Source: an uncultured archaeon
GTDB lineage: Archaea; Aenigmatarchaeota; Aenigmatarchaeia; CG10238-14; SCSR01
Assembly (NCBI GenBank): GCA_964512235.1
Contig: CAZEGD010000001.1
Coordinates: 106,874-170,873, forward strand
DNA length: 64,000 bases
Direction: 5' to 3'
Shown here: positions 8,930-17,836 of the stretch, piece after piece
How the letters are laid out: every line of letters begins with the position of its first letter
Numbering within the stretch: position 1 is the stretch's first letter
Made by a program: the position numbers and the translations under genes
The notes under the pieces: generated by a model
The model's database searches: none
The model's input: only the letters and a program-made list of their open reading frames with translations
Told to the model about the DNA's origin: nothing

Positions 8930-10207
8930 ATGATTCAACTAAGCTTTCTAGGTGCAATGTCAGCGGTAGGTGCTAGCGGTGTGCTTGTGGATACCGGCTC
9001 GGAGAAGATAGTGCTAGACTATGGAGCAAAGATACAGAATGAGGGTTCTGGGAGGAAAGGACAGCCTCAGTTCCCGCTGCATGTAGATGGCAAAGTGGAT
9101 GCAATCTGCCTAAGCCATTGCCATCTAGACCATAGTGGCGGTCTGCCAATACTTTTCAAGGACAACAGATGTCCCATATATGCTGTAGATGTGGCAAAGC
9201 CACTGACTCAGATGTTGCTGCACGACTCGTTGAAGATTAGCAAAATGGAGGGCACGACACTGCCGTTCAATAAAGTCGATGTAAGAAAGACTGTCAAAAA
9301 CTTCTTTCCTGTAGAATATAAAAAGGTGGTGAAAGTACATAATGCAAAGATTGTCAATTATGATGCAGGTCATATACCTGGAAGTATGATGACTTCGATT
9401 AGAGCCAATGGGAAGAATATACTCTATACTGGTGACATGAATATAGAAGCAACTATGCTCGTTAAAGGCGCCGACACAAAGTTGCCGAAGGTAGATGCCC
9501 TGATAACAGAATGCACATACAGCAACCGCGACCATATAGACAGGAAAAGGGAGGAGAAGACGCTCGTCAGGCTTGTAAACAGTACGCTTGCCAATGATGG
9601 TATAGCCGTGGTTTCATGTTTTGCAATCGGCCGTACGCAAGAGATTTTGCTCATACTTGACAAATATGGAATTGACTATTCACTGTATATGGACGGCATG
9701 TCCAGAAAGGCAACTACAATCATCAACCGTTTCAACAACAGATTGAACAATCCAAAATCTCTGGACAAAGCCCTGAAAAAAGTAAAATATGTCAATTCGC
9801 AGCGTGAGCGCAAGAAGATAATAAAGCAGCCATGCGTAATCCTCACGACAAGCGGTATGCTGAATGGCGGACCTGTGGCATGGTACATTAAACAGTTGCA
9901 CAACAATCGCGACAGTTCATTGCTGTTGACTGGATATCAAGTGGAGGGGACGCCTGGCAGGATATTGATGGAGACTGGTAAATACATAAACGAGGAAGTT
10001 GACCTTGATCTGCGTATGCTCGTCCGTAGGTTGGACTTTAGTAGCCACGTTGGCCGTACGCAACTTTTAGATTTTATCAATAGGTTGCAGCCTAAACAGA
10101 TATTCTGCGTCCATGGCGACCATACGGAAGAGTTTGCACGCGAGTTGCAAGACAAAGGATTCAATGCCGTAGCACCAGTCGCAAACAACAGGATATTTAG
10201 AATATAA
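8930..10207 (+). CDS. beta-CASP / metallo-beta-lactamase-fold ribonuclease (aCPSF2-like)
   Basis: 425 aa. Has HCHLDHSG (HxHxDH), the later DAGH and ECTY motifs, and a C-terminal VHGD. Confidence 0.8.
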   Translation: MIQLSFLGAMSAVGASGVLVDTGSEKIVLDYGAKIQNEGSGRKGQPQFPLHVDGKVDAICLSHCHLDHSGGLPILFKDNRCPIYAVDVAKPLTQMLLHDSLKISKMEGTTLPFNKVDVRKTVKNFFPVEYKKVVKVHNAKIVNYDAGHIPGSMMTSIRANGKNILYTGDMNIEATMLVKGADTKLPKVDALITECTYSNRDHIDRKREEKTLVRLVNSTLANDGIAVVSCFAIGRTQEILLILDKYGIDYSLYMDGMSRKATTIINRFNNRLNNPKSLDKALKKVKYVNSQRERKKIIKQPCVILTTSGMLNGGPVAWYIKQLHNNRDSSLLLTGYQVEGTPGRILMETGKYINEEVDLDLRMLVRRLDFSSHVGRTQLLDFINRLQPKQIFCVHGDHTEEFARELQDKGFNAVAPVANNRIFRI

Positions 10208-10290
10208 AATAGTAGATTATAATTCTTTCGCTACTTTATGATAGTAACAGATGGAAATCTTTAAATACTGTAATCACTCACTAGTAACAT

Positions 10291-10560
10291 ATGTCAATAA
10301 ATCGGCAAATGAATCTTTGCGGTAAGCAGTACAATCAATGGAAAGTGCTGGCTTTAGGTGCGAAAGACATAGGTGAAGTCAAGCAGTACCTAGGCAAAGC
10401 GCTTTTCTGGCTGGAGCTACAGTCAGCTTTCTTAGCTCTGTGGAGCGTAGAACAGGTTCGAGGTAAAGAACCGGCTATGCGAGACACGCTAATCAAAGCC
10501 AGGGCCAATCTGTCTAAAAGACTTGCCGATTACGCTAAAGAGACTCTAAATGAGCTCTAA
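10291..10560 (+). CDS. hypothetical 89-aa protein; the same DNA may instead be a miniaturised RNase P RNA (see findings)
   Basis: ATG ORF about 25 nt downstream of a TTTAAATA box. No family recognised. The region also carries RNase P RNA CR-I/CR-V-like motifs. Confidence 0.35.
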   Translation: MSINRQMNLCGKQYNQWKVLALGAKDIGEVKQYLGKALFWLELQSAFLALWSVEQVRGKEPAMRDTLIKARANLSKRLADYAKETLNEL

Positions 10561-10614
10561 TTGGCGATTCTTTTTCTAAAACTACATATTCTTCAAAAAC
10601 TAATAATATAATTA

Positions 10615-11892
10615 ATGGTTGGTAGAAGGAAGAAAAAAACGAGTAGAGGGGACTCTAGACAGCGCAAGAAGACATCTAGCAAAAAGAGGAAGGCTAAAGG
10701 TCTGAAAAAGAAAGTGGTACTTCTAGTTATAGATGGATTGGCGGACACACCGCAAATGCGAGGAGGCAAGGAGCAGACGCCTCTATCTGGAGCCAATAAG
10801 CCAAATATGGACTGGCTTGCTGAGAACGGTTCAGTGGGTGAGCTTGTACTTACGCCTGCAAAGAGCTATCCCTCTAGCAACATAGCAAATGTTGCATTGT
10901 TGGGTTATAATCCTAAGCGATATTATCTGCAGAGGGGGCCATTAGAGGCCGTAGGCGTGGGCATACCCTACAGAGAGGGGCATCTAGCGCTTAGATGCAA
11001 CTTTGCCACTGTCAATAAAGCTTTTACAGTCGTGGATAGACGCGCTGGTAGAGACTCTTATGGGTTGAATAGTATAGCACGCTACATAAATGAGCATGTA
11101 AAGCTACCCACAGACTTTGTTTTCATACGGACATACGGGCATCGTGCAGTGCTCGTCATCAAAGAGCGTCTTAGCGATCAAATAAGCAGTAATGATTCGC
11201 ATGTAAACGGTAAGGGTGCTAAACGGCTAGAAGCACTTGACAAATCTGGGCTTGCCAAGCGGTCAGTCGAAATCGTACAAGAGTTCATAGATTCGAGCCA
11301 TAACCTCATAGAATACCATCCGAGGAATGCCGAGCGCATTGATCGTGGTCTGCCACCAGCAAATTACATAATCGTGCGCCAGCCTGGCAACAAATTGGTT
11401 GCTTTGCCAAATTTCCCACGGAAATGGAAGTTTAACCGTGCTGTTTGCATAGCCGAGAATGGTGTAATGAAGGCTACATGCATGCTTGCAGGCTTCAATT
11501 CTATTACTATACCGGAGTTGGACAATGATGCTACGCTGGATTTCATTTTTGACAATATAGAATCGTTGCTGCCGGAATACGACTTCATATACGCGCACAT
11601 AAAGGCTGCGGATGAAGCTGCACATGATGGCAACTTCGAGCGTAAGAAGAGTGTAATAGAGGCGCTAGACAAAAAGCTTGAGAGCTTTAAGGGTTTCAAC
11701 GGCATAGTTGTGGTGACATGCGACCACATTACATCATGCGAGCATAAGAAGCATATGCCTGGCTCAGTACCTGTTCTCGTGTACGGAAGAAAAAAGGATA
11801 GAGTTAAAGCGTTTGATGAATTTGCTGCAAAGAAGGGTTCGCTCAAGAAGCTAACTGGCAGGCAGCTATGGAAGTTTGTATTTAGAAGATAG
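10615..11892 (+). CDS. apgM: 2,3-bisphosphoglycerate-independent phosphoglycerate mutase, archaeal ApgM type
   Basis: 425 aa. LLVIDGLADTP, ANKPNMDWLAENG, CDHITSCEHKKH. Carries a roughly 34-aa K/R-rich N-terminal extension. Confidence 0.9.
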   Translation: MVGRRKKKTSRGDSRQRKKTSSKKRKAKGLKKKVVLLVIDGLADTPQMRGGKEQTPLSGANKPNMDWLAENGSVGELVLTPAKSYPSSNIANVALLGYNPKRYYLQRGPLEAVGVGIPYREGHLALRCNFATVNKAFTVVDRRAGRDSYGLNSIARYINEHVKLPTDFVFIRTYGHRAVLVIKERLSDQISSNDSHVNGKGAKRLEALDKSGLAKRSVEIVQEFIDSSHNLIEYHPRNAERIDRGLPPANYIIVRQPGNKLVALPNFPRKWKFNRAVCIAENGVMKATCMLAGFNSITIPELDNDATLDFIFDNIESLLPEYDFIYAHIKAADEAAHDGNFERKKSVIEALDKKLESFKGFNGIVVVTCDHITSCEHKKHMPGSVPVLVYGRKKDRVKAFDEFAAKKGSLKKLTGRQLWKFVFRR

Positions 11893-11943
11893 TTGACTGT
11901 TTAGTGGTTAAAATAAAGTCCTAGCATGTGCATATTTTAATTA

Positions 11944-13131
11944 ATGATTGTCCGCAACCTCAACATCCGTGAGATTTTTTCAACTACTTCCGTGAAGACT
12001 ATAGAGATAGAACTAAAGACAGACAAAACAACTGTGCGCAGTTCTGTTCCCATAGGCACGAGCATAGGCAAGCATGAAGCGCGGTACGTACCTACGGATA
12101 TTGCAATAGGGCAATTTGCAGTCCTCCGTCGCACTTTCCGAACAAGCCAATTCGGCAGCCAGAGAGAAGTGGATGGTTACTTGCATTCAATTGACAAGAG
12201 TGTAAACTTCCGTGAAATTGGCGGTAATTTTGCGCTTGCAATCTCGTCTGTATTTTTGAAAGCCTTTGCTGCTGAAGCCGGAGTTAATCTATTCGAGTAT
12301 GTAGCAAGCATAAGACCGAAGAAAAGGAAGTCTCAAGCAAACTTGGATATGCCAAAGCCACTATGTAATGTTATTGGAGGCTGGAGGAGAAAGGACATAC
12401 AAGAATTCTTGCTGATGCCAGTACATCAAGAGAGCTTTCTAAGTTCGATAGAAAAAATCACTGAAGCCTATAAAGAAGTGGGTGAAAAGCTTGAGCAGAC
12501 TGACAAAAACTTTGCGTATGGCAAGAACATAGAGTCTGCATGGATTACTTCTCTGGCAGCTGAGGAGATTTTAAAGATTTTGAAAGCTGTAGCTAATGAA
12601 AAGATGCTGAAAATAGGGATGGATGTCGCAGCTTCGCAGCTTTGGGATGGAAAATGCTATGCTTATGACAGTGGAAGGATGATTAGACCTGAGCAGGTGT
12701 CTTTTCTTTCCAGTCTATCTGAGCAATATCCCATCTCGTACATAGAGGATCCATTTCATGAGGATGATTTCATAGGATTTGGTGTCCTCACTCAACGTCT
12801 AGGCCTTAAAGGCAAGCTCATTTGCGGTGATGACCTCTACGCCACAAATCTTAACCGTCTTTTAGAGGGAATAAAGCATAGATCAACTAACGCGGTCATA
12901 GTCAAGCCGAACCAAGTCGGCACAATAATTGATACGATAAACTTTGTGGCAGAAGCGCAGAAGCATAAATGGAGGACTGTAATGTCGCATCGTAGCGGTG
13001 AGACAGAGGATATGATGGTATGTCACCTGGCAGTCGGCCTAGGCTGTGACTATGTAAAGTTTGGTCTTAGTGGTGACCGTACAGCAAAGATAAACGAGAT
13101 GATTAGAATAGAAGAGAAATTGAAAGGATAA
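11944..13131 (+). CDS. eno: enolase (divergent, short)
   Basis: 395 aa. GMDVAAS, YIEDPF, CGDDLY, VKPNQVGT, SHRSGETED and RIEEKL are present. The GG.HA segment is replaced (GGWRRKDIQEF). Confidence 0.85.
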   Translation: MIVRNLNIREIFSTTSVKTIEIELKTDKTTVRSSVPIGTSIGKHEARYVPTDIAIGQFAVLRRTFRTSQFGSQREVDGYLHSIDKSVNFREIGGNFALAISSVFLKAFAAEAGVNLFEYVASIRPKKRKSQANLDMPKPLCNVIGGWRRKDIQEFLLMPVHQESFLSSIEKITEAYKEVGEKLEQTDKNFAYGKNIESAWITSLAAEEILKILKAVANEKMLKIGMDVAASQLWDGKCYAYDSGRMIRPEQVSFLSSLSEQYPISYIEDPFHEDDFIGFGVLTQRLGLKGKLICGDDLYATNLNRLLEGIKHRSTNAVIVKPNQVGTIIDTINFVAEAQKHKWRTVMSHRSGETEDMMVCHLAVGLGCDYVKFGLSGDRTAKINEMIRIEEKLKG

Positions 13132-13177
13132 AATATACTTAAATATCTTTTTCTATCAACTGATAATTAGTGGTTAT

Positions 13178-13318
13178 ATGCAGTGGACGCTATTTGGTCT
13201 GGGATTAATAGACACGGTTGCAGGGAGCATACTATTCCTAAACGAAGGTATGGTAAAATACATAGGGATAATAATCCTCGGTAAAGGCATACTTACGATA
13301 CTAAAAAGTTTGAGATAA
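13178..13318 (+). CDS. possible 46-aa membrane peptide
   Basis: Hand-found ORF MQWTLFGLGLIDTVAGSILFLNEGMVKYIGIIILGKGILTILKSLR with two hydrophobic stretches. No other support. Confidence 0.2.
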   Translation: MQWTLFGLGLIDTVAGSILFLNEGMVKYIGIIILGKGILTILKSLR

Positions 13319-13321
13319 ACA

Positions 13322-13654
13322 TTAACCTAGAACTCTTACAACTCTAGCGTTTATTATCGATTCTCCGCCTGTTGGTATTACAATCTCTTCATTGCACTTT
13401 TGGCAATGTACAACTGTAGCGGATTTGCTGAAAACCGTCTGTTGGTTCTTGCACTTCTTGCACACAACGACAAGGAATTTGCTTCTTGGCGATGGTACGA
13501 TGGTGCTTTCCGGCCTCCTACCGTAACCTGTAAAAGTCGTTGTGACTTTCTCTTCCATCTCGTCTTCTTCCTCTTCAAAATCTTCCTCATCTTCAGGCTC
13601 TTCCATATCCTCTTCTTCCGTTTCATCTTCCACTATATCATCCACTTCTTCCAT
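13322..13654 (-). CDS. rps27e: 30S ribosomal protein eS27 with an acidic N-terminal extension
   Basis: The C-terminal 55 aa (FLVVVCKKCKNQQTVFSKSATVVHCQKCNEEIV) form the eS27 zinc ribbon. The first roughly 35 aa are nearly all D/E. Start lies 4 nt after the eL42 stop. Confidence 0.85.
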   Translation of the reverse strand: MEEVDDIVEDETEEEDMEEPEDEEDFEEEEDEMEEKVTTTFTGYGRRPESTIVPSPRSKFLVVVCKKCKNQQTVFSKSATVVHCQKCNEEIVIPTGGESIINARVVRVLG

Positions 13655-13658
13655 ACAA

Positions 13659-13946
13659 TCAACTCTTAGTTTTAAGTTCGAACTTCTTCACTCTAAAGCC
13701 TTTCCCTTTGCCATGCTTCTTATTACACACGGTGCATTTGAATAGCAAGTTTGTTTTGCGCGTTGGCTTTTCTCTTCCAGTTGGTTTCTCCTTCGGGAAG
13801 CTACCATATCCACGAAGCTTCCGCTTGAATCTCCTATTACCATGGGTCATACTGCCCCTAGTTCTCCTCTTTGCCTGACTGACGATATGTTCTGTATGCT
13901 TCTTGCAAAACGGACAAAATATGCGGACTTTTTTCGGATATTTCAT
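13659..13946 (-). CDS. rpl44e: 50S ribosomal protein eL42 (L44e)
   Basis: 95 aa. CPFCKKHTEH ... KCTVCNKKH and a basic composition. Conserved L44e-S27e pair. Confidence 0.9.
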   Translation of the reverse strand: MKYPKKVRIFCPFCKKHTEHIVSQAKRRTRGSMTHGNRRFKRKLRGYGSFPKEKPTGREKPTRKTNLLFKCTVCNKKHGKGKGFRVKKFELKTKS

Positions 13947-14000
13947 TTAATTCACCTTAATATTAAGAAATCTTTGTCAAGAATACTTATAAACCTATTT

Positions 14001-14528
14001 TCACTTCTCAACTTTGAATTCCTCAGCCACTCCTTGTTTAATCATCAGTTGCATATTCTCTTTAGGTAGCTTTGCTATATCACCCTTCTTGAACGGCCCA
14101 TAGTTCTTTTCATCAGCTGCAACAAACTCTGGGACATCTTCCTTGAATATTATGAGCGTCTGTAGTTGCTCCTTTTCTTTTCCCTTCAGACTCGGAAGCA
14201 AACTATGCCTGTCCTTAACGACTGAAAGCATAGAATCGAAGAATTGCTTTTCTTCTTCTCTCAAGTTTTCTGGCTGTATACCTGTCCTTGCCGCTATTAG
14301 TACGTTATTGAGGATTTTGCGCTCCCTTCGATTGAATATGTCTTCTACAAGTCTCTCGGCATTCTTCACCTCAAGAGCAGTCTTCCTGCTGTCCATCTCT
14401 CGTTTCGCTTCCAGATACCTCTGTACGCTCTCGTAAAATCCAGCAGGCATCTTAGTGAGCTTTTGCACTCTCTGTTCCTCTCTTTGGATGCGGCGTATAA
14501 GCTCGAATGTTATCGTTTCTTCTTCCAT
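14001..14528 (-). CDS. GINS subunit (Gins51/Gins15-like)
   Basis: 175 aa. The N-terminus (ELIRRIQREEQ...L.K.PAGFYESVQRYL) resembles the archaeal GINS A-domain. Neighbourhood with primase is the known Gins15-PriS linkage. Confidence 0.6.
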   Translation of the reverse strand: MEEETITFELIRRIQREEQRVQKLTKMPAGFYESVQRYLEAKREMDSRKTALEVKNAERLVEDIFNRRERKILNNVLIAARTGIQPENLREEEKQFFDSMLSVVKDRHSLLPSLKGKEKEQLQTLIIFKEDVPEFVAADEKNYGPFKKGDIAKLPKENMQLMIKQGVAEEFKVEK

Positions 14529-14576
14529 TGCATCACTACAGTTAATTATACAGACGAGAAGATTAAAAAGGTTTAT

Positions 14577-14951
14577 CTATATTCTATAGTCCTTTTCGAC
14601 TAGATTTCTCTTGTGGGACCACTCTGTATCCCTACATTTGAAAAGTACAGCATATGTATCGTCTTTTGTTTCTTCTGCAGACCTACAAACTCTTATTGCA
14701 TCTCTTATTGGATCCTTTTCTGGATCTCTTTTTCTACATATTCTGAGCCTTAGAGTAATTTCGAACTCTTCTTTGCCCTTGTAAATCGGTTCTTTACCTG
14801 GCTCATTATAAGTCGAAGGTTGTACAATTAATCTCTTCATTAACCTTTCTGCAATCAAGTGTTCGCAATTTTCACATACCTTAGAGCGTCCAGATTTTTC
14901 GAGAAACTGGAATTCTTTCCGTTTTAATCCGTAGATGCATGTTTTTTTCAT
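14577..14951 (-). CDS. hypothetical Cys-containing 124-aa protein
   Basis: Trimmed to the internal ATG (MKKTCIYG...) so that it no longer overlaps the primase stop. Contains C..CENC. No family recognised. Confidence 0.4.
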   Translation of the reverse strand: MKKTCIYGLKRKEFQFLEKSGRSKVCENCEHLIAERLMKRLIVQPSTYNEPGKEPIYKGKEEFEITLRLRICRKRDPEKDPIRDAIRVCRSAEETKDDTYAVLFKCRDTEWSHKRNLVEKDYRI

Positions 14952-14976
14952 GATTCTGCTACATGAATTAAGATAT

Positions 14977-16320
14977 TTATCTTCGTGCTTTTTTTCTCGT
15001 TTTCCTGCCTCTTTTTGCAGTTCCCAGTTTTTTCTGCTCACGCTTGAGCTTGCGGAAGGGATAGTTTATAGGATTCTTTATTGTGATTTTGTCAGTACCG
15101 CCCTTGCATATCTTGTCAGGCAGGCACACACCAAAGCTGCAATAGAAGTTTGCATTGCTGCAGTTTGGTGGAAGGAGGTTGCGCTGCTGCCGGAGATGCC
15201 ATCTCATCTGCGACCGTAAGTAGTTCCTGCGCAATGGTGGATAGTTCTTCTCGTTCCAGTCCGTAATGGTTTTATCAATTTCCTCGGAGCTCCATCCCAT
15301 GTTGCGGAGGAAGTTCATCAATATGAATGCCGAACGTTTGCGTCCGTCTGCAAGGCCATTAAGTATGGCACCGACACAAGGCGGGAAGTGTACCATTGGA
15401 ATCTTTCTAAACTCCTTTTTGAACTTGGGTTTCGGCAGCGGTTTTTCACTCTCTTTCATGTACTTGCTTGCCCAATCCATTGCCTCCACTAGCAAGGCCT
15501 GGGCTTCGCGTGATTTTTCTATAGGGACTAAAAATTTGTTCTTGGTTTTCACATTTTCTATTTCAGCATGTTGCTTTTCAAATCTATCTATGTCTTTGAG
15601 CTGCAAAGGCAGGCTTACAAGCAAACTCTTCTCATGCAAGCTGTATGGGAGACGGAATAGGTGTCTAGAGCCAAAGATGTCCATGTTGATGAGTTTGAAC
15701 GGGTCTATCCCTTCCGTACCTGCAACTTCACCTATCCCCTTTCCAGTGCGCTCTGCAAGCTCTATTGGCGTTGCTAATTCAAGCAACTCTTCCTTCAGCG
15801 GCTCGCTTACATACCATTTGATGTATCCGATTATTTTTTCAAGCAGCTTCGGATATTGGAGGGCAGTGGATTGCATATTGATCCTTTCTGGCAGTGCTTC
15901 AAATGGCACTCCTATGTGGAAGCTCTTGCCGCCTGTGAACTTTATGCTGTAATTCTTTATGCCATGTTCAATCAAAGCTCTTGTGACTTGCTTTACAGCG
16001 ACTTTTGCAATCTCAAAGTCCTTTACATCCAAGTCGATAAATATTTCCCATCCGCTGCGCAGCTCATCGAGCTGCGGTTTAGTCATGCCAACATCAAGAT
16101 TCATTGGCTGCTGCCAACGCTCGACTGAACCATGAAAAGCTACTGTGCCTGACTTAACAGCTTGTAAAATATCCGTAGGATATTGTAGTATGTCCGGCCG
16201 CTTGCCAAAGTTTCCATCTTTGAAGACTGATACTACTTCCCTATTTTTTGCAACTTCTAGAATCGCTTGCTGCACATCTGGACGAGAATAATACCCCTTT
16301 ACTTTTTTCATATCTACCAT
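14977..16320 (-). CDS. priS: DNA primase, fused small-subunit (PriS) catalytic domain plus large-subunit (PriL) Fe-S C-terminal domain
   Basis: 447 aa. AEP motifs IFIDLD, TGGKSFHI and RLPYSLHEKS. Then FPPCVGAILNGL..GRKRSAFILMNFL..GWS.EEI and a PPNC..YC..GVC..KIC cysteine cluster like the PriL CTD. Confidence 0.85.
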   Translation of the reverse strand: MVDMKKVKGYYSRPDVQQAILEVAKNREVVSVFKDGNFGKRPDILQYPTDILQAVKSGTVAFHGSVERWQQPMNLDVGMTKPQLDELRSGWEIFIDLDVKDFEIAKVAVKQVTRALIEHGIKNYSIKFTGGKSFHIGVPFEALPERINMQSTALQYPKLLEKIIGYIKWYVSEPLKEELLELATPIELAERTGKGIGEVAGTEGIDPFKLINMDIFGSRHLFRLPYSLHEKSLLVSLPLQLKDIDRFEKQHAEIENVKTKNKFLVPIEKSREAQALLVEAMDWASKYMKESEKPLPKPKFKKEFRKIPMVHFPPCVGAILNGLADGRKRSAFILMNFLRNMGWSSEEIDKTITDWNEKNYPPLRRNYLRSQMRWHLRQQRNLLPPNCSNANFYCSFGVCLPDKICKGGTDKITIKNPINYPFRKLKREQKKLGTAKRGRKTRKKARR

Positions 16321-16392
16321 GCTGTCACCGGATTGAGAGCTAAGAACGAAAAGCCCTTGAAATATAATAAGGAGGTTATATTTAAATCAGAA

Positions 16393-17823
16393 TCATTTCT
16401 TCTTTTTCCACTTCACTCCCTTTTGAGTGTCTTCTAAGATTATGTTGAATTTCTTTTCTAGCTGTTTTCTTATTTTGTCAGATTTTGCAAAATCTTTTTG
16501 TTTTCTAGCTTTCTCTCTTTCTGCAATTAGTTTTTTGGCAACTGTAGACAGTTTAATCTTTTCAGCTTTCACTTCTCTCAATCTCAATCCAAGGACTTTG
16601 TCAAATTCCAGAATCAGTTTGCGCTTGTCTCTGTTGCTGATATTCTTTTCTTGCCGTATTAATTTCCACAGAACCTTTAACGCTTCTGACGTGTTCAAAT
16701 CGTCATTAAGTGCCTTCAAAAATTCTTTTTTGTAAGATTCTACTCTATTCTTTTTGGTCTTTGTCTTGCCCGATTTTTTCAGAAGCAACATGTGTTCGTG
16801 CAAAGTTAATAATGTACGCTGCGCAGCATTTAGACTCTTCCATGTGAAATTCACTTTGGATCGGTAGTGTGTTGTAAGGAAGAGATATCTGAGTGCTAAT
16901 GGATCGAAACCTTTTCCTTCTATATCTTTCATAGTGAAGAAGTTGCGCTTTGATTTTGACATCTTTTCTCCATTTACCATTACAAAATTGTTGTGCAGCC
17001 AAAAATTAGCCGAGTTCTTACCAGTTGCGGCTTCAGACTGTGCGATTTCATTTGTATGATGTATGGCTATGTGATCTATTCCACCAGTGTGAATGTCGAA
17101 TTTTTCGCCGAGGTATTTTATGCCCATCACCGAGCATTCTATATGCCATCCTGGAAAACCTAGACCCCATGGCGATTTCCATTCCATCTGCCTCTTCGCC
17201 CCTTTGGGTGAGAATTTCCAGAGCGCAAAGTCAGTCACATTTTTCTTTTCTTTGCTAAACCTTATTCTAGCTCCCGGTTTGAGCTCTTCAATCTTTTTCT
17301 TATCCAATCCGGCGAGCTTGCCATAGCTAGAGAGTTTGGAAGTGTCAAAATATATGCCATCACTCGTTCTATAGGTATAACTATTCGATTCAATCTTCTT
17401 TACAAATTTGATCATATCGTTTATGTGGTCTGTGGCCTTGCATATTTTATCCGCATCTTGGACATTCAACTTGTGCATAGCTTCAAAGAAGTCCTTAGTG
17501 TAGAAAACTGCGATATCCCATGCGCTCTTCTTCTCTTCTCTTGCTTTTTTCTCTACTTTATCCTCACCAGTGTCTGCGTCTGAAGTGAGATGGCCAACGT
17601 CTGTTATGTTCATCACATGCTTGACGCGGAAGCCGTTGAATTTCAAAGCACGCTTCAGGACATCTACAAAAACGTAAGCACGAAAATGGCCGAGATGCGC
17701 ATAGTCATAAACAGTCGGACCACAGCTGTACATTCTGACCAAGCCTGGCTTAAGTGGCTTGAATATGTGCTTCTTCCTTCCCATCGTATTGAAAAGCTTT
17801 ATAGGAATCTTTTGTTTTTTCAT
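16393..17823 (-). CDS. cysS: cysteinyl-tRNA synthetase
   Basis: YSCGPTVYDYAHLGHFR (HIGH), GWHIECS, KMSKSKRNF. The ATG at 17823 is preferred over the TTG at 17835, which would abut the tRNA. Confidence 0.95.
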   Translation of the reverse strand: MKKQKIPIKLFNTMGRKKHIFKPLKPGLVRMYSCGPTVYDYAHLGHFRAYVFVDVLKRALKFNGFRVKHVMNITDVGHLTSDADTGEDKVEKKAREEKKSAWDIAVFYTKDFFEAMHKLNVQDADKICKATDHINDMIKFVKKIESNSYTYRTSDGIYFDTSKLSSYGKLAGLDKKKIEELKPGARIRFSKEKKNVTDFALWKFSPKGAKRQMEWKSPWGLGFPGWHIECSVMGIKYLGEKFDIHTGGIDHIAIHHTNEIAQSEAATGKNSANFWLHNNFVMVNGEKMSKSKRNFFTMKDIEGKGFDPLALRYLFLTTHYRSKVNFTWKSLNAAQRTLLTLHEHMLLLKKSGKTKTKKNRVESYKKEFLKALNDDLNTSEALKVLWKLIRQEKNISNRDKRKLILEFDKVLGLRLREVKAEKIKLSTVAKKLIAEREKARKQKDFAKSDKIRKQLEKKFNIILEDTQKGVKWKKKK

Positions 17824-17836
17824 TTTCTGCACCAAA

